A stretch of DNA of 47,792 nt from Nitrospirota bacterium (GTDB lineage: Bacteria > JACPQY01): contig JACPAV010000021.1 in assembly GCA_016180645.1 (NCBI GenBank), forward strand, positions 62,001-109,792, read 5' to 3'. The notes beneath the pieces are model-generated. The model worked only from the letters and a program-made list of their open reading frames with translations, was not told the origin of the DNA and searched no databases. Each line of letters opens with the position of its first letter. Positions within the stretch are counted from its first letter, which is position 1. This document shows, piece after piece, positions 18,610 to 27,628 of this stretch. Position numbers and translations under genes: made by a program.

Positions 18610-20006
18610 TGTCCCGAAAATTGTTTCTCAAGAGCTTCGGCTGTCAGATGAACGATCGGGACGCGGAGCGCATCACGGGTCTCATGCGACGCGAGGGATA
18701 CGAGACGACGGAAGTGCTCGAAGAGGCCGACGTCGTGGTCGTCCACACCTGCAGCATCCGCCAGAAAGCGGAGGAAAAGGCGTATGGCCTGCTGGGACGT
18801 ACGCGGGCCCTGCGCCAGAAGAATCCCGGCCTCCAGGTGGCCATCGGCGGCTGTGTGGCCCAGCAGCAGGGCGCCGAGCTTATGGAGCGGAACCTTTTGC
18901 TGGATGTTGTTTTCGGCACCCACCAGATCCGGCGCCTTCCGGAGCTCCTTGAAGAAGCCCGGCGTAAGCAGCGCTCGATCGTCAGGACGGAATACGACTA
19001 TGACCCGGATCGTCTGGAGGGGCCGCTTTTCTGGGAATCAACCGGCGATGGGCGCGCGGCTCCGACCAGCGCCCTGGTGACCGTTCAGGAAGGATGCAAC
19101 AAATCGTGCACGTATTGTGTTGTCCCGCGTACAAAAGGGGCGGAACTCTGCCGGCCCTCCTCCGCGATCCTGGATGAGGTGCGGCGACTCGTCGAACGCG
19201 GAGTTCAGGAAATCGTTCTCATCGGCCAAACGGTCAATTCGTACGGGAAGGACGGCAGCGCGGATATCTCTTTTCCGGATCTCCTCCGGAAGTGCAGCAA
19301 CGTGGAGGGTGTGGGAAGAATCCGTTTCGCCACGTCCTACCCACCCGACGTCACGGAGGCGCTCGCCGCCGCCATGGCGGAGTGCGAGCCGGTCTGCGAA
19401 CACCTCCACCTGCCTGTCCAGAGCGGCTCGTCGAGGGTGCTGGCCGCCATGAATCGCGGCTACTCGCGCGGGGCCTACCTTGAAAAAGTCCGCCTGCTCC
19501 GGTCCGCGATGCCGGACCTTGCGCTCAGCACGGATATCATCGTGGGATTTCCGGGAGAAACCGAGGAAGACTTCAGCCTTACGCTTGACTTGGTCCAGGC
19601 CGTTGGCTACGATCAAATCTACGGGTTTTGCTACTCGAAGAGGCCCGGCACTCAAGCGCCCAGAATGGAGGGACACATCCCCGACGAAGTGAAGAAAGAA
19701 CGATTGGTCCGTCTATTCGAGGCGGCCAAACGGGTATCGATGGAAAACAATTCCAAGTGGATCGGGCGCGACGTGGAAGTATTGATTGAGGGTCCGAGCC
19801 CGGATGGGGAGCGCATGCAGGGGCGTACCCGGTGGAACCGGCTCGTCCATACCGCCGGGGCGGGGATATCGGCAGGCGATTGGGCTTCCGTGCGCGTGGA
19901 ACGCATTTCGCCGCAGTCCCTCATCGGTCAGGCCCTTCGTGTCGCCGCCCCGCTTTGTGGCATCCAGCCAGTCGCGGGACGGCATTGCCATCCTGGCGCC
20001 GCTTAG
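18609..20006 (+). CDS. miaB: tRNA-2-methylthio-N6-dimethylallyladenosine synthase
   Basis: FGCQMN, TCSIRQKAE, GCVAQ, radical SAM motif CNKSCTYC, HLPVQSGS, TRAM domain. Confidence 0.96.
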   Translation: MSRKLFLKSFGCQMNDRDAERITGLMRREGYETTEVLEEADVVVVHTCSIRQKAEEKAYGLLGRTRALRQKNPGLQVAIGGCVAQQQGAELMERNLLLDVVFGTHQIRRLPELLEEARRKQRSIVRTEYDYDPDRLEGPLFWESTGDGRAAPTSALVTVQEGCNKSCTYCVVPRTKGAELCRPSSAILDEVRRLVERGVQEIVLIGQTVNSYGKDGSADISFPDLLRKCSNVEGVGRIRFATSYPPDVTEALAAAMAECEPVCEHLHLPVQSGSSRVLAAMNRGYSRGAYLEKVRLLRSAMPDLALSTDIIVGFPGETEEDFSLTLDLVQAVGYDQIYGFCYSKRPGTQAPRMEGHIPDEVKKERLVRLFEAAKRVSMENNSKWIGRDVEVLIEGPSPDGERMQGRTRWNRLVHTAGAGISAGDWASVRVERISPQSLIGQALRVAAPLCGIQPVAGRHCHPGAA

Positions 20007-20025
20007 CCCCATGAAGGAGGGATCG

Positions 20026-20532
20026 GTGTTTTCACAGATGAAGGTCGCGGGAATCGCCGTCGATCCCTTCGCCGGATTGCCGATCGTCATTTTGAAGGAC
20101 ATGGAAGACAAACAGGCCGTTCCCATCTGGATCGGGCTGTTCGAGGCCAGCGCGATCGCCACCGAAATGGAGAAGATCAAACCGCCCCGGCCGATTACGC
20201 ACGACCTTCTTCGCAACATGCTGGCCGCCCTGGGGGCCAAGGTGGTGCGAATCGAAGTCACCGAATTGAAGGAAGATACCTTCTACGCGCTCATCTACAT
20301 GCAGAATTCCAAGGGCGATGAAATTACGATTGATTCGCGTCCGAGCGACGCCATCGCGATCGCGCTCCGGATGGACGCGCCGATCTTCGTGGCCCAGTCC
20401 GTGATCGAGAAATCGCAAAAGATCGATCTCCAGCAGGCCAAACCCATCGATTTCACTCCCGCCTCGAAGGAGAAATGGGCGGAGATGCTGGAGAAGATGA
20501 AGCCCGAAGATTTCGGCAAGTACAAGATGTAG
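20026..20532 (+). CDS. Bifunctional nuclease family protein (DUF151)
   Basis: PIWIGLFEASAIA, PRPITHDL, DSRPSDAIAIALR; AAGGAGG SD before GTG 20026. Confidence 0.93.
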   Translation: MFSQMKVAGIAVDPFAGLPIVILKDMEDKQAVPIWIGLFEASAIATEMEKIKPPRPITHDLLRNMLAALGAKVVRIEVTELKEDTFYALIYMQNSKGDEITIDSRPSDAIAIALRMDAPIFVAQSVIEKSQKIDLQQAKPIDFTPASKEKWAEMLEKMKPEDFGKYKM

Positions 20533-20540
20533 CCCCCGCC

Positions 20541-21665
20541 GTGGCGAACGTTCTCGTCACGGGAGCCGCCGGCTTCCTGGGCTCCCACCTCGTCGATCAT
20601 CTCCTCCGCTCGGGACATCGCGTCGTCGTGACCGACCTTCCTCGGGCGGACCTCAGCCGCTACATTGCAAAAGGTGTCGAAGCCCGGCCCGCGGATATTC
20701 TGAGTCCCGATTCGCTCAAGACCGTGCTCGCGGGCGTGGATACCGTGATCCATCTGGCGGCGATCTTCGACCTGGGCGCTCCCGAGGAACTCATGTGGAA
20801 CGTAAATGTCCAAGGCACGGATCATGTGTGCAGGGCGGCGGTCGATGCGGGAGTGAAGAAGTTTGTGATGCTCTCCAGCGCCGCGGTGTACGGGAAGCCG
20901 ATGGAAATTCCGTGCCGGGAGGAGACGGTGAAGCGCCCGCGCGACGCTTACGGCGTCACGAAGTGGGAGAGCGAGAAAGTGGCCATGCGATACCACCGGG
21001 AGCGCGGGCTTCCCGTGGTGGCGGTGCGGCCGAGTCTGGTCTACGGGCCGGGGAGCAAGTACGGGCAGGCCATGTATTTCGCCCTGTTCAGCATGCACCG
21101 CGCGCTCGATCGGACCGTCTGGCCTTTGTGGAACATGCCCTCCGCGAACCAGGTTCACATCGAGGATGTTTGTCGCGCGATTCTCTTCCTTATGGATCGT
21201 GGGGACGCGGTCGGCCAGGCCTTCAACATCGTGGACGATGAGCCGCTGCGTCTGGATGAAGGATTCGAATTGATCATGGGCCAATTCGGAGTTCGCGCGC
21301 GAAGAATCGAATCCCCGGTCTTTGCCTGGATCGCCCGCATGATGTGCAAGCTTCTGGCCCGCATGCCCAATGGTTTTTTCGGCCCTCTCAATCGATGGGT
21401 CCAGAGCCACTGGGTGCGCATCGCGGCGAAGTTCGGCGTGAAACCGGAGCTCAAACCGCGACTCGATCGGGACTGGCTCGACTACCTGAGCAGCGAGCGG
21501 GTCTATGACAACCGGAAGCTCAAGTCGCTGGGATTTGAATACGCCCATCCCAAAGCCCGGGAGGGGTTGATCGAGGTGGTCCAGTGGTATCGACGGGAAC
21601 GTTGGATTCCGGACATTGGTTCTCCGACCGAATCCCTGTCTGAACCTCAGAAACAAGTCGCCTGA
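20541..21665 (+). CDS. NAD-dependent epimerase/dehydratase (3-beta-HSD-like extended SDR)
   Basis: VTGAAGFLG, NVQGT, SSAAVYG, YGVTK, RPSLVYGP. Confidence 0.9.
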   Translation: MANVLVTGAAGFLGSHLVDHLLRSGHRVVVTDLPRADLSRYIAKGVEARPADILSPDSLKTVLAGVDTVIHLAAIFDLGAPEELMWNVNVQGTDHVCRAAVDAGVKKFVMLSSAAVYGKPMEIPCREETVKRPRDAYGVTKWESEKVAMRYHRERGLPVVAVRPSLVYGPGSKYGQAMYFALFSMHRALDRTVWPLWNMPSANQVHIEDVCRAILFLMDRGDAVGQAFNIVDDEPLRLDEGFELIMGQFGVRARRIESPVFAWIARMMCKLLARMPNGFFGPLNRWVQSHWVRIAAKFGVKPELKPRLDRDWLDYLSSERVYDNRKLKSLGFEYAHPKAREGLIEVVQWYRRERWIPDIGSPTESLSEPQKQVA

Positions 21666-21831
21666 CCGTCTCCGTTCCGTCCTCCGCTCCCGATTTCACA
21701 AGATCTTCGAAAACCGTTGGTTCGGAATGTACGAATCACTCTCTGGCCCAGGCGCTGTCTGTGCCGGTGAGGTCGGATGCCATCGGAAACGGGGATGGTG
21801 TCTGCGGATGCTGCGGACTATAATCCCTCCC

Positions 21832-23136
21832 ATGATTGAGCGGTACACGAGGCCGGAGATGGTGCGGATCTGGTCGGACGAGAACAAGTTCGCCACGTGG
21901 CTGAAGATCGAGCTGAAAGCGTGCGAGGCGGTCTCGAAGCGAGGGAAGATTCCCAAGGCGGATGCAGTCGAGATGAGCCGCCGGGCCCGGTTCGACGCGG
22001 TGCGGATTGGGGAACTGGAAAAGACGACCAAGCATGATGTCGTGGCCTTTGTCACGAACGTGAACGAATCGCTGGGGCCGCTCTCAAAACATTTTCATAA
22101 GGGGCTGACGTCATCCGATCTCCTTGATACGACGTTGGCGATCCAGCTTCGAGAGTCGTCCGATTTGATCCTGGCGGCCATCCGCGCACTCAAGAAGGAG
22201 CTTCGAGCGAGGGCGCTGGAGCATCGGAGAACGGTGGGGATTGCTAGGACGCATGGGGTCCATGCCGAGCCGACCTGTTTCGGCCTCAAGTTTGTCCTGT
22301 GGTACGACGAACTCGCGCGGAATGAGGCGCGATTAAGGCGCGCCCGGACTTCCATTTCCGTCGGAAAGATTTCAGGCGCCGTGGGAACCTACGCTCATCT
22401 CGGCCCGGACGTTGAGAAGGACGTTTGCCGGTCGCTGGGTCTGAAGGCGGCGAACATCTCCACGCAGATTGTTCAGCGGGATCACCACGCGGAATATTTC
22501 TCAACGTTGGCGCTGATCGCTTCAAGCCTGGAGAAGATCGCGGTCGAGATCCGCCACCTTCAGCGGAGCGAAGTGCTCGAGGTGGAGGAACCGTTCACTG
22601 AAGGGCAGACCGGCTCTTCGGCCATGCCGCACAAGAAGAATCCGGTTCTCTCCGAGAATATCGCCGGATTGGCCCGGCTCGTCCGATCTTACGCATCCGC
22701 TGCGCTCGAAAACATCGCGCTTTGGCACGAGCGGGACATCAGTCACTCCTCCGTCGAGCGGGTCATCGGACCGGATGCCTCCATCGCGGTTCATTTTATG
22801 CTCTGGCGGATGGTGGAAATCATGCGAGGCTTGGTGGTTCACCGGGACCGGATCCGGGCCAACGTGGACCGGCTGGGAGGCCTGGTCTATTCGCAGCGGG
22901 TTCTGGTGGCGCTGATGGAGAGTGGGATGGGACGCGATGAAGCCTACAAGCTCGTGCAGAGGCACGCCATGGCGGCGTGGAACAACGGCCGGCCGTTCAG
23001 GGCCCTGATCGAAGGCGACCCGAAAGTGAGGAGAAGTATTGGACCGGGACGCATCCGTTCACTCTTCAAGCCGGACTATTTCCTGCGTCACGTAGACCAA
23101 ATCTACCGACGCGTTTTTTCAAGAAGCCGGGCGTAG
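21832..23136 (+). CDS. purB: Adenylosuccinate lyase
   Basis: MIERY, HDVVAF, RTHGVHAEP, GSSAMPHKKNP, HERDISHSS. Confidence 0.97.
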   Translation: MIERYTRPEMVRIWSDENKFATWLKIELKACEAVSKRGKIPKADAVEMSRRARFDAVRIGELEKTTKHDVVAFVTNVNESLGPLSKHFHKGLTSSDLLDTTLAIQLRESSDLILAAIRALKKELRARALEHRRTVGIARTHGVHAEPTCFGLKFVLWYDELARNEARLRRARTSISVGKISGAVGTYAHLGPDVEKDVCRSLGLKAANISTQIVQRDHHAEYFSTLALIASSLEKIAVEIRHLQRSEVLEVEEPFTEGQTGSSAMPHKKNPVLSENIAGLARLVRSYASAALENIALWHERDISHSSVERVIGPDASIAVHFMLWRMVEIMRGLVVHRDRIRANVDRLGGLVYSQRVLVALMESGMGRDEAYKLVQRHAMAAWNNGRPFRALIEGDPKVRRSIGPGRIRSLFKPDYFLRHVDQIYRRVFSRSRA

Positions 23137-23405
23137 AGGGCTCCGATGCCGCGGGGCCGGAGGGGGATGGGTCTGGCGCCGGCCCCGAAGGCGCCGGCTC
23201 GATAACCGAAGGCGTTTTTCCGGATGGTGGTGTCCATCAATCGCCGGGCGGTCATCTTGCCGGGATCGCCTCGGAGGTAGTCCTTCGATTTCGCCTTCTT
23301 TCGGAGGCTGAGCATCAGGATGGCGGTGGCGACGATGATCACCACCACGAGCCAGTTCGAATACGAGCGCGGGTCAAACAGGCCGGAATCGGCGCTCACG
23401 GTCAT
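23103..23405 (-). CDS. Small hypothetical membrane-anchored protein
   Basis: ATGA overlap with the upstream gene and one TM helix (WLVVVIIVATAILMLSL). The 3' end overlaps the convergent purB. Confidence 0.55.
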   Translation of the reverse strand: MTVSADSGLFDPRSYSNWLVVVIIVATAILMLSLRKKAKSKDYLRGDPGKMTARRLMDTTIRKNAFGYRAGAFGAGARPIPLRPRGIGALYARLLEKTRR

Positions 23406-24121
23406 GGCAGCCGTTTCTCCACCACTTCGAGGACCCGCTCAACGTCTCTCAGGTAGTAGCCGAACATCTGCTCCCGTTCGTGCTCGCCGGGCGGGCCCAG
23501 CGTATGGTCCCGAACGCTCAGGAGGACTTTGGCCGTCGTGAGCGCCGTATCGAATTGTTCGGCGAATTGCTCCAAGCTGTCCTTTTTCGCGCGTGCCGGC
23601 TGAAGTTGCTGTGTGCGCAGGAAACCGCGTACGAGAAAAACGAGATCATACAACGTGTCGAAGGGGGACCGCTCGGCATCTCCCAAGATGAGATTCTTCT
23701 GAAGCTCGCTGTGGAGGCGGAACAGGCCTGCTCGAACGGCGCGGTTCAAGTCCTCCGGCTGGACGAGATTCTGCGCGAAAGGATCCTCCCCGTGGAGGCA
23801 CCGATGAAACTGGACGATCTCACGAATTTCAATGGGGAAGATTCGCGGAAGGTCGGGCAGCCGGTCCTCAAACCAAACCGCGGGGGAGGCTCGAAGGTCT
23901 CTCTCCAGCTTGCGAACAAACTTGGAGGGTAGGAGGGGAAGCTTCATGCCCGACTTCACGGCGAGCAGGAGGTTGACATCGGATACGCCGGGCAGGAAAT
24001 CGCCGGTTACCGCGCTTCCAAAGAGGATGGCGGAGCGCAGACCTTCGCCCAATTGCTCGACGAGCTGTTCCTTGATTTTGAGGACGCGCTGGTGGACTTC
24101 GAGGAGGCTGGGGGTGCTCAC
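23402..24121 (-). CDS. Nucleotidyltransferase-fold (Pol-beta-like) protein
   Basis: ILFGSAVTGDFLPGVSDVN motif and FPIE..EI; GTGA overlap with the HDOD gene. Confidence 0.8.
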   Translation of the reverse strand: MSTPSLLEVHQRVLKIKEQLVEQLGEGLRSAILFGSAVTGDFLPGVSDVNLLLAVKSGMKLPLLPSKFVRKLERDLRASPAVWFEDRLPDLPRIFPIEIREIVQFHRCLHGEDPFAQNLVQPEDLNRAVRAGLFRLHSELQKNLILGDAERSPFDTLYDLVFLVRGFLRTQQLQPARAKKDSLEQFAEQFDTALTTAKVLLSVRDHTLGPPGEHEREQMFGYYLRDVERVLEVVEKRLP

Positions 24122-24975
24122 CCCGCGAACATCTTCTCGGCTTCCTGCGCGCGCTCGAGCATTTCGCCGAGGATCTCTTCCGTCTCGCCTTCCTTCACGC
24201 CGATGTCCTTGAGCGACTGCTCCTCCAGCTTGAAGTACATGCCGTCGTAGCCCACGCCCTGACCGGTCATGCGGCAGAGGCAGTTGGCCACATGGACGAC
24301 GCCGCAGAGTTGCCGGTTCATCTTGGCCTGAGTGGGGAGGTGATGGAGTTGGATGGCCTCCACCAGTTCGGGCGCGAGCTTCCATTTGGTGGCCGCCATT
24401 GCGCCGATTTCCGCGTGATCGAAACCGAGCACTTTCTTCTCGGCGATGGGGAACTCGATATTTTCCGACTGGACCACGTTGATGACGGCCTCGAACTGCT
24501 CGCCGAGGAAGCGGTCCATGATCACCTTGCCGATGTCATGAATCAGGCCGGCGGTGAAGGCCATGTCCCGCAGGGCGCGGTTGTGACGCGTGGCCAGCGC
24601 CTGCGCGCCGTAGGCCGTCATGATGGAGTGGACCCACAGTCCTCCCTTGTCCAGCCCGTAGTTCTTGAGCGAACGGCGGAGGGTGTCGATGAACATCCCG
24701 GCGAGCGCGAGGTTCTCCACCACGGAGAAGCCGAGGAGGGCGGTGGCCTGCTGGATCGACGTGATTTTTTGCGGGAATCCGTAGAACGGGGAATTGACCA
24801 GCTTGAGGACCTTCGTGGTGAGGGCCTGGTCGTGCGCGATCACATTGGCGAGGTCTTTGGCCGAGGCCTTTTCGTCCTTGGACAGATCGATGATCTTCTG
24901 CATCGTCTGCGGCATCGGGGGGAGTTCCTGAACCGTCTTCAGGATCTTGTTCATGGTGGCGACCGCGGTGGACAT
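24118..24975 (-). CDS. HDOD domain protein
   Basis: LPPMP, DQALTTKVLKLVNSPFYG, LWVHS, AGLIHDIGK, GFDHAEIG; AGGAGG SD. Confidence 0.93.
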   Translation of the reverse strand: MSTAVATMNKILKTVQELPPMPQTMQKIIDLSKDEKASAKDLANVIAHDQALTTKVLKLVNSPFYGFPQKITSIQQATALLGFSVVENLALAGMFIDTLRRSLKNYGLDKGGLWVHSIMTAYGAQALATRHNRALRDMAFTAGLIHDIGKVIMDRFLGEQFEAVINVVQSENIEFPIAEKKVLGFDHAEIGAMAATKWKLAPELVEAIQLHHLPTQAKMNRQLCGVVHVANCLCRMTGQGVGYDGMYFKLEEQSLKDIGVKEGETEEILGEMLERAQEAEKMFAG

Positions 24976-24985
24976 GAGCTCCCTC

Positions 24986-25468
24986 CTACAATTTGGTCTG
25001 CGTTCTCTGCGCGCCTTCGAGCCGAAGGCACAGAACCTCGCCGCTGGTCGAATTGACCTGGAGCGATCGAATGAACTTGCCGCCCACGTCTTCACCGGTC
25101 ACGGGGATGGGAATTTTGCGCAGGGCTTCTCTCGCTCCGCCGACGTTCCGGTCGCTCAGAACCGTCTGCGAGAGCATCTGTGCCCCGCCGGCAATTTTCG
25201 CCACCATTTTCCCCTTTTGCGCCCCCAATTTCAGAAGCTCCTCAACGATGGCGGGAACCGCCATGTTTGTAAATTTACCGGCATTGCCGAGATCCTTGGA
25301 AGGTGACTCCGGGAGAATGCAGTGCGCACCGCCGCAGATGTGGGTGACGAGGTCGATTACCACGATCCCGACGCCTGCGCCGATCCGATCGATGACAAGT
25401 ACGGCCCCCGATTCCTTGGTTGCTTTCCACTCGCCCAGTCGAACGTCAATCGATTTGCCATTGGACAC
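24986..25468 (-). CDS. cheD: Chemoreceptor glutamine deamidase CheD-like
   Basis: GAHCILP, AKIAGGAQM, RN, EDVGG..R. The usual LGSC motif reads IGAG, so the catalytic Cys is not visible. Confidence 0.85.
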   Translation of the reverse strand: MSNGKSIDVRLGEWKATKESGAVLVIDRIGAGVGIVVIDLVTHICGGAHCILPESPSKDLGNAGKFTNMAVPAIVEELLKLGAQKGKMVAKIAGGAQMLSQTVLSDRNVGGAREALRKIPIPVTGEDVGGKFIRSLQVNSTSGEVLCLRLEGAQRTQTKL

Positions 25469-25524
25469 GTTTTCGGCGGATGTTAGCGTGGTTTAGGTCG
25501 CAAGTCTACAGAGAAACGGGCGAT

Positions 25525-26649
25525 TCAATACAGCTTGGTGATTTCGACACCCGAATAGTATTTCTTCAGGATTTCCTCAAAGGTGTGCCCTTCCTGCGCC
25601 ATCCCCCGGGCGCCCCACTGGCACAGACCCACCCCGTGGCCCGATCCGGAACCCATGAACTTGTATCCTTTCGCCTGGCGGACGATCTTGAAATGTGTGC
25701 TGGGGATTCGGTTGAAGCCGACACGCTCGCGGAACTCTTTCCCGGTCAGCGAGACTTCACGCGATGGCGTGACAAACCGGATGCGCCGCACGCGGCCGGA
25801 GGGCTGCAGGGAGGCCACTTCCACCGACTCGATATTCTTAATGCCTACCTCCCTCTCGATTTCAGGGGTGGAGAGATTCACTTCCCAGTACGCGTTCGGG
25901 CAGTCCTGGTCGAATCCGCAGGTGACCCCCTGGAGGTACGATCGTTCCCGTCCCCAAACCGTGCCCGAGGCCTCCGTCTGCCCGCCGCAGCAGGAGTGGT
26001 AGTACGCTTCGATGACTTCGCCGTCCTGGGTGAGCACCAGTCCTTCCGTCTCTAGAACAGCTTGAGCCGCGGCATCGTCCTCTCGAGAGGAACCCCGGTA
26101 GACTTGGTCCATGACCGTGGCCTCCACGTCGAACCGGGTGTCCTTGGGTTTTCCCCTGCGGGAAAGGGCGTAGGATCGAGCGGCAACCACCTGGGCCTTC
26201 ACCGCCTCCAGAGGCCATTTCGACGAGACCTCATGGTTGATGATGCCGCGCACGTAGTCTTCCAAGTCCAGTTCGTTCACGGCGAGAATTCGAGAGCCAC
26301 CGTCCGAGTGCAGGACGACTTCCCCGCGGTACGGATGCCGGTCGACTTGGATGGGGAGACCGACGGAAACGATGCGCGCGCCGCTCCGGACCACGGCATC
26401 CCCTTTTTCCCAGTGGAGGTGCAACTTGCGATCCTTGGAGGAAATTTTCAGCGGGTTGGTTTGAACGTCCACTTGCGTGGAGCCGTCCGTGATCTGAAAA
26501 GGGCCCCCCTTGATAGTGATCGGCGATTTCTGACGGAGGATGGCGACTTTGATGATTTCCCGAGCGTGAGCTTCCGAAGGATTGGAAAAATTCAGGAGCA
26601 GAAGGGCGAAAGCGCCGAGGAGAATTGAGCCGTGCGATCCTTGTACCAT
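25525..26649 (-). CDS. SpoIID/LytB domain lytic transglycosylase
   Basis: YRG, LEDYVRGIINHE, AVKAQVVAARSY, DQVY, YHSCCGG, GHGVGLCQWGA; signal peptide. Confidence 0.93.
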   Translation of the reverse strand: MVQGSHGSILLGAFALLLLNFSNPSEAHAREIIKVAILRQKSPITIKGGPFQITDGSTQVDVQTNPLKISSKDRKLHLHWEKGDAVVRSGARIVSVGLPIQVDRHPYRGEVVLHSDGGSRILAVNELDLEDYVRGIINHEVSSKWPLEAVKAQVVAARSYALSRRGKPKDTRFDVEATVMDQVYRGSSREDDAAAQAVLETEGLVLTQDGEVIEAYYHSCCGGQTEASGTVWGRERSYLQGVTCGFDQDCPNAYWEVNLSTPEIEREVGIKNIESVEVASLQPSGRVRRIRFVTPSREVSLTGKEFRERVGFNRIPSTHFKIVRQAKGYKFMGSGSGHGVGLCQWGARGMAQEGHTFEEILKKYYSGVEITKLY

Positions 26650-26817
26650 ATGGCTCAGGATCGGCAATACGCGGAAGAGATCATCTGTGTTGGCAACATG
26701 GTACCCACGACCCGCTCGTCATGGGGAATAGTTCGTATGAAGCGGGGCTGACGTACTGCGCCAGAGAGAGTACCGCGGCATGAATTTCTCTACGCAGTAC
26801 TGGCACCACGGAAGACC

Positions 26818-27005
26818 TCAGCTCGACTTTTGCCATTTTTCCATGCTGTGTGAACATCACTTCACGAGGGAAGGCCATTTCCACGCCGTGAATTTGTTGA
26901 CAGGAGCCGTTTTCCGGTCTCGTTTCAAAATTCATCGCTCAGAATCCCGCTCGGATGGGAAGGTATCTTCAGACACCGTTCAAGAATGGCAAAAGTCGAG
27001 CTTAG
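26818..27005. mobile_element. MITE-like element bounded by inverted GCTCGACTTTTGCCATT termini
   Basis: ctcagctcgacttttgccatt near 26818 and aatggcaaaagtcgagcttag near 26985-27005. Confidence 0.55.
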
Positions 27006-27137
27006 AGCCTCTGACAGAATGCCGATTCGTATGGGAGCATCTTCAGATGCTCCCTCTTGTCGGGAGGGTCTGAAGACCCTCCCCTACGCATAATGACCAA
27101 CATAAACCTTTCAAAAAATGGCAAAAGTCGACAGAGC
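27001..27137. repeat. Composite GTAG-type REP doublet element (copy A)
   Basis: TAGAGCCTCTGACAGAATG + GGGAGCATCTTCAGATGCTCCC + GGGAGGGTCTGAAGACCCTCCCCTAC + AT-rich tail. Reverse complement of the 47566-47792 units. Confidence 0.9.
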
Positions 27138-27184
27138 CTTTAGGCTCTGCAAGTAGATGTGCACAAAGACTTTTGTGCACATAC

Positions 27185-27490
27185 TTAGGTCTGGTTTCCT
27201 TCCCCCTCCGGTGGCTCCGAGTTGATCATTCGTTTCAGCTCCCGGCCCATCTTGAAGTAAGGAAGTTTCTTGGGTCTCACACTGATCTTTGCGCCGGTAC
27301 GGGGATTTCGCCCGGTGTACGCGTCGTAGCGGCGGACCGAGAAGGTTCCCAAACCGCGGAGCTCGACCCTGGACTCCTCGGCAAGGGATTCGGTGATGGC
27401 GTCGAACAGGTAGTTCACGACTCTCTCGGAATTCCGATAGGAGAGGGCGCATTCCTTCATGAGGAGCCGAACCAAGTCGTATTTGGTCAT
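27185..27490 (-). CDS. ihfB: Integration host factor beta-like / HU family DNA-binding protein
   Basis: MTKYDLV, RVELRGLGTF, YTGRNPRTG, KKLPYFKMGRELK. Confidence 0.85.
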   Translation of the reverse strand: MTKYDLVRLLMKECALSYRNSERVVNYLFDAITESLAEESRVELRGLGTFSVRRYDAYTGRNPRTGAKISVRPKKLPYFKMGRELKRMINSEPPEGEGNQT

Positions 27491-27532
27491 ATTAAGTGAC
27501 AGTCTATACCGATGGCTTCCAGAATTGCAAGT

Positions 27533-27558
27533 GAAAAAAGGGGGTTGCGGGCGACCCC
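27533..27558 (-). terminator. Terminator-like hairpin between argJ and ihfB
   Basis: Minus strand GGGGTCG-CCCG-CAACCCC-CTTTTTT. It overlaps a 16-bp alternative stem. Confidence 0.55.
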
Positions 27559-27628
27559 ACCACCTCGAACCGGCCGAAGGCCGGATTCCTAGAGCCCGCC
27601 CAAGGGTGTGCTGTTCGAGGTGGTGGGG

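Noticed and set aside
26681-27073. Small ORFs of 84 and 97 aa
   Set aside because: They run through MITE/REP sequence and have no recognisable motifs.
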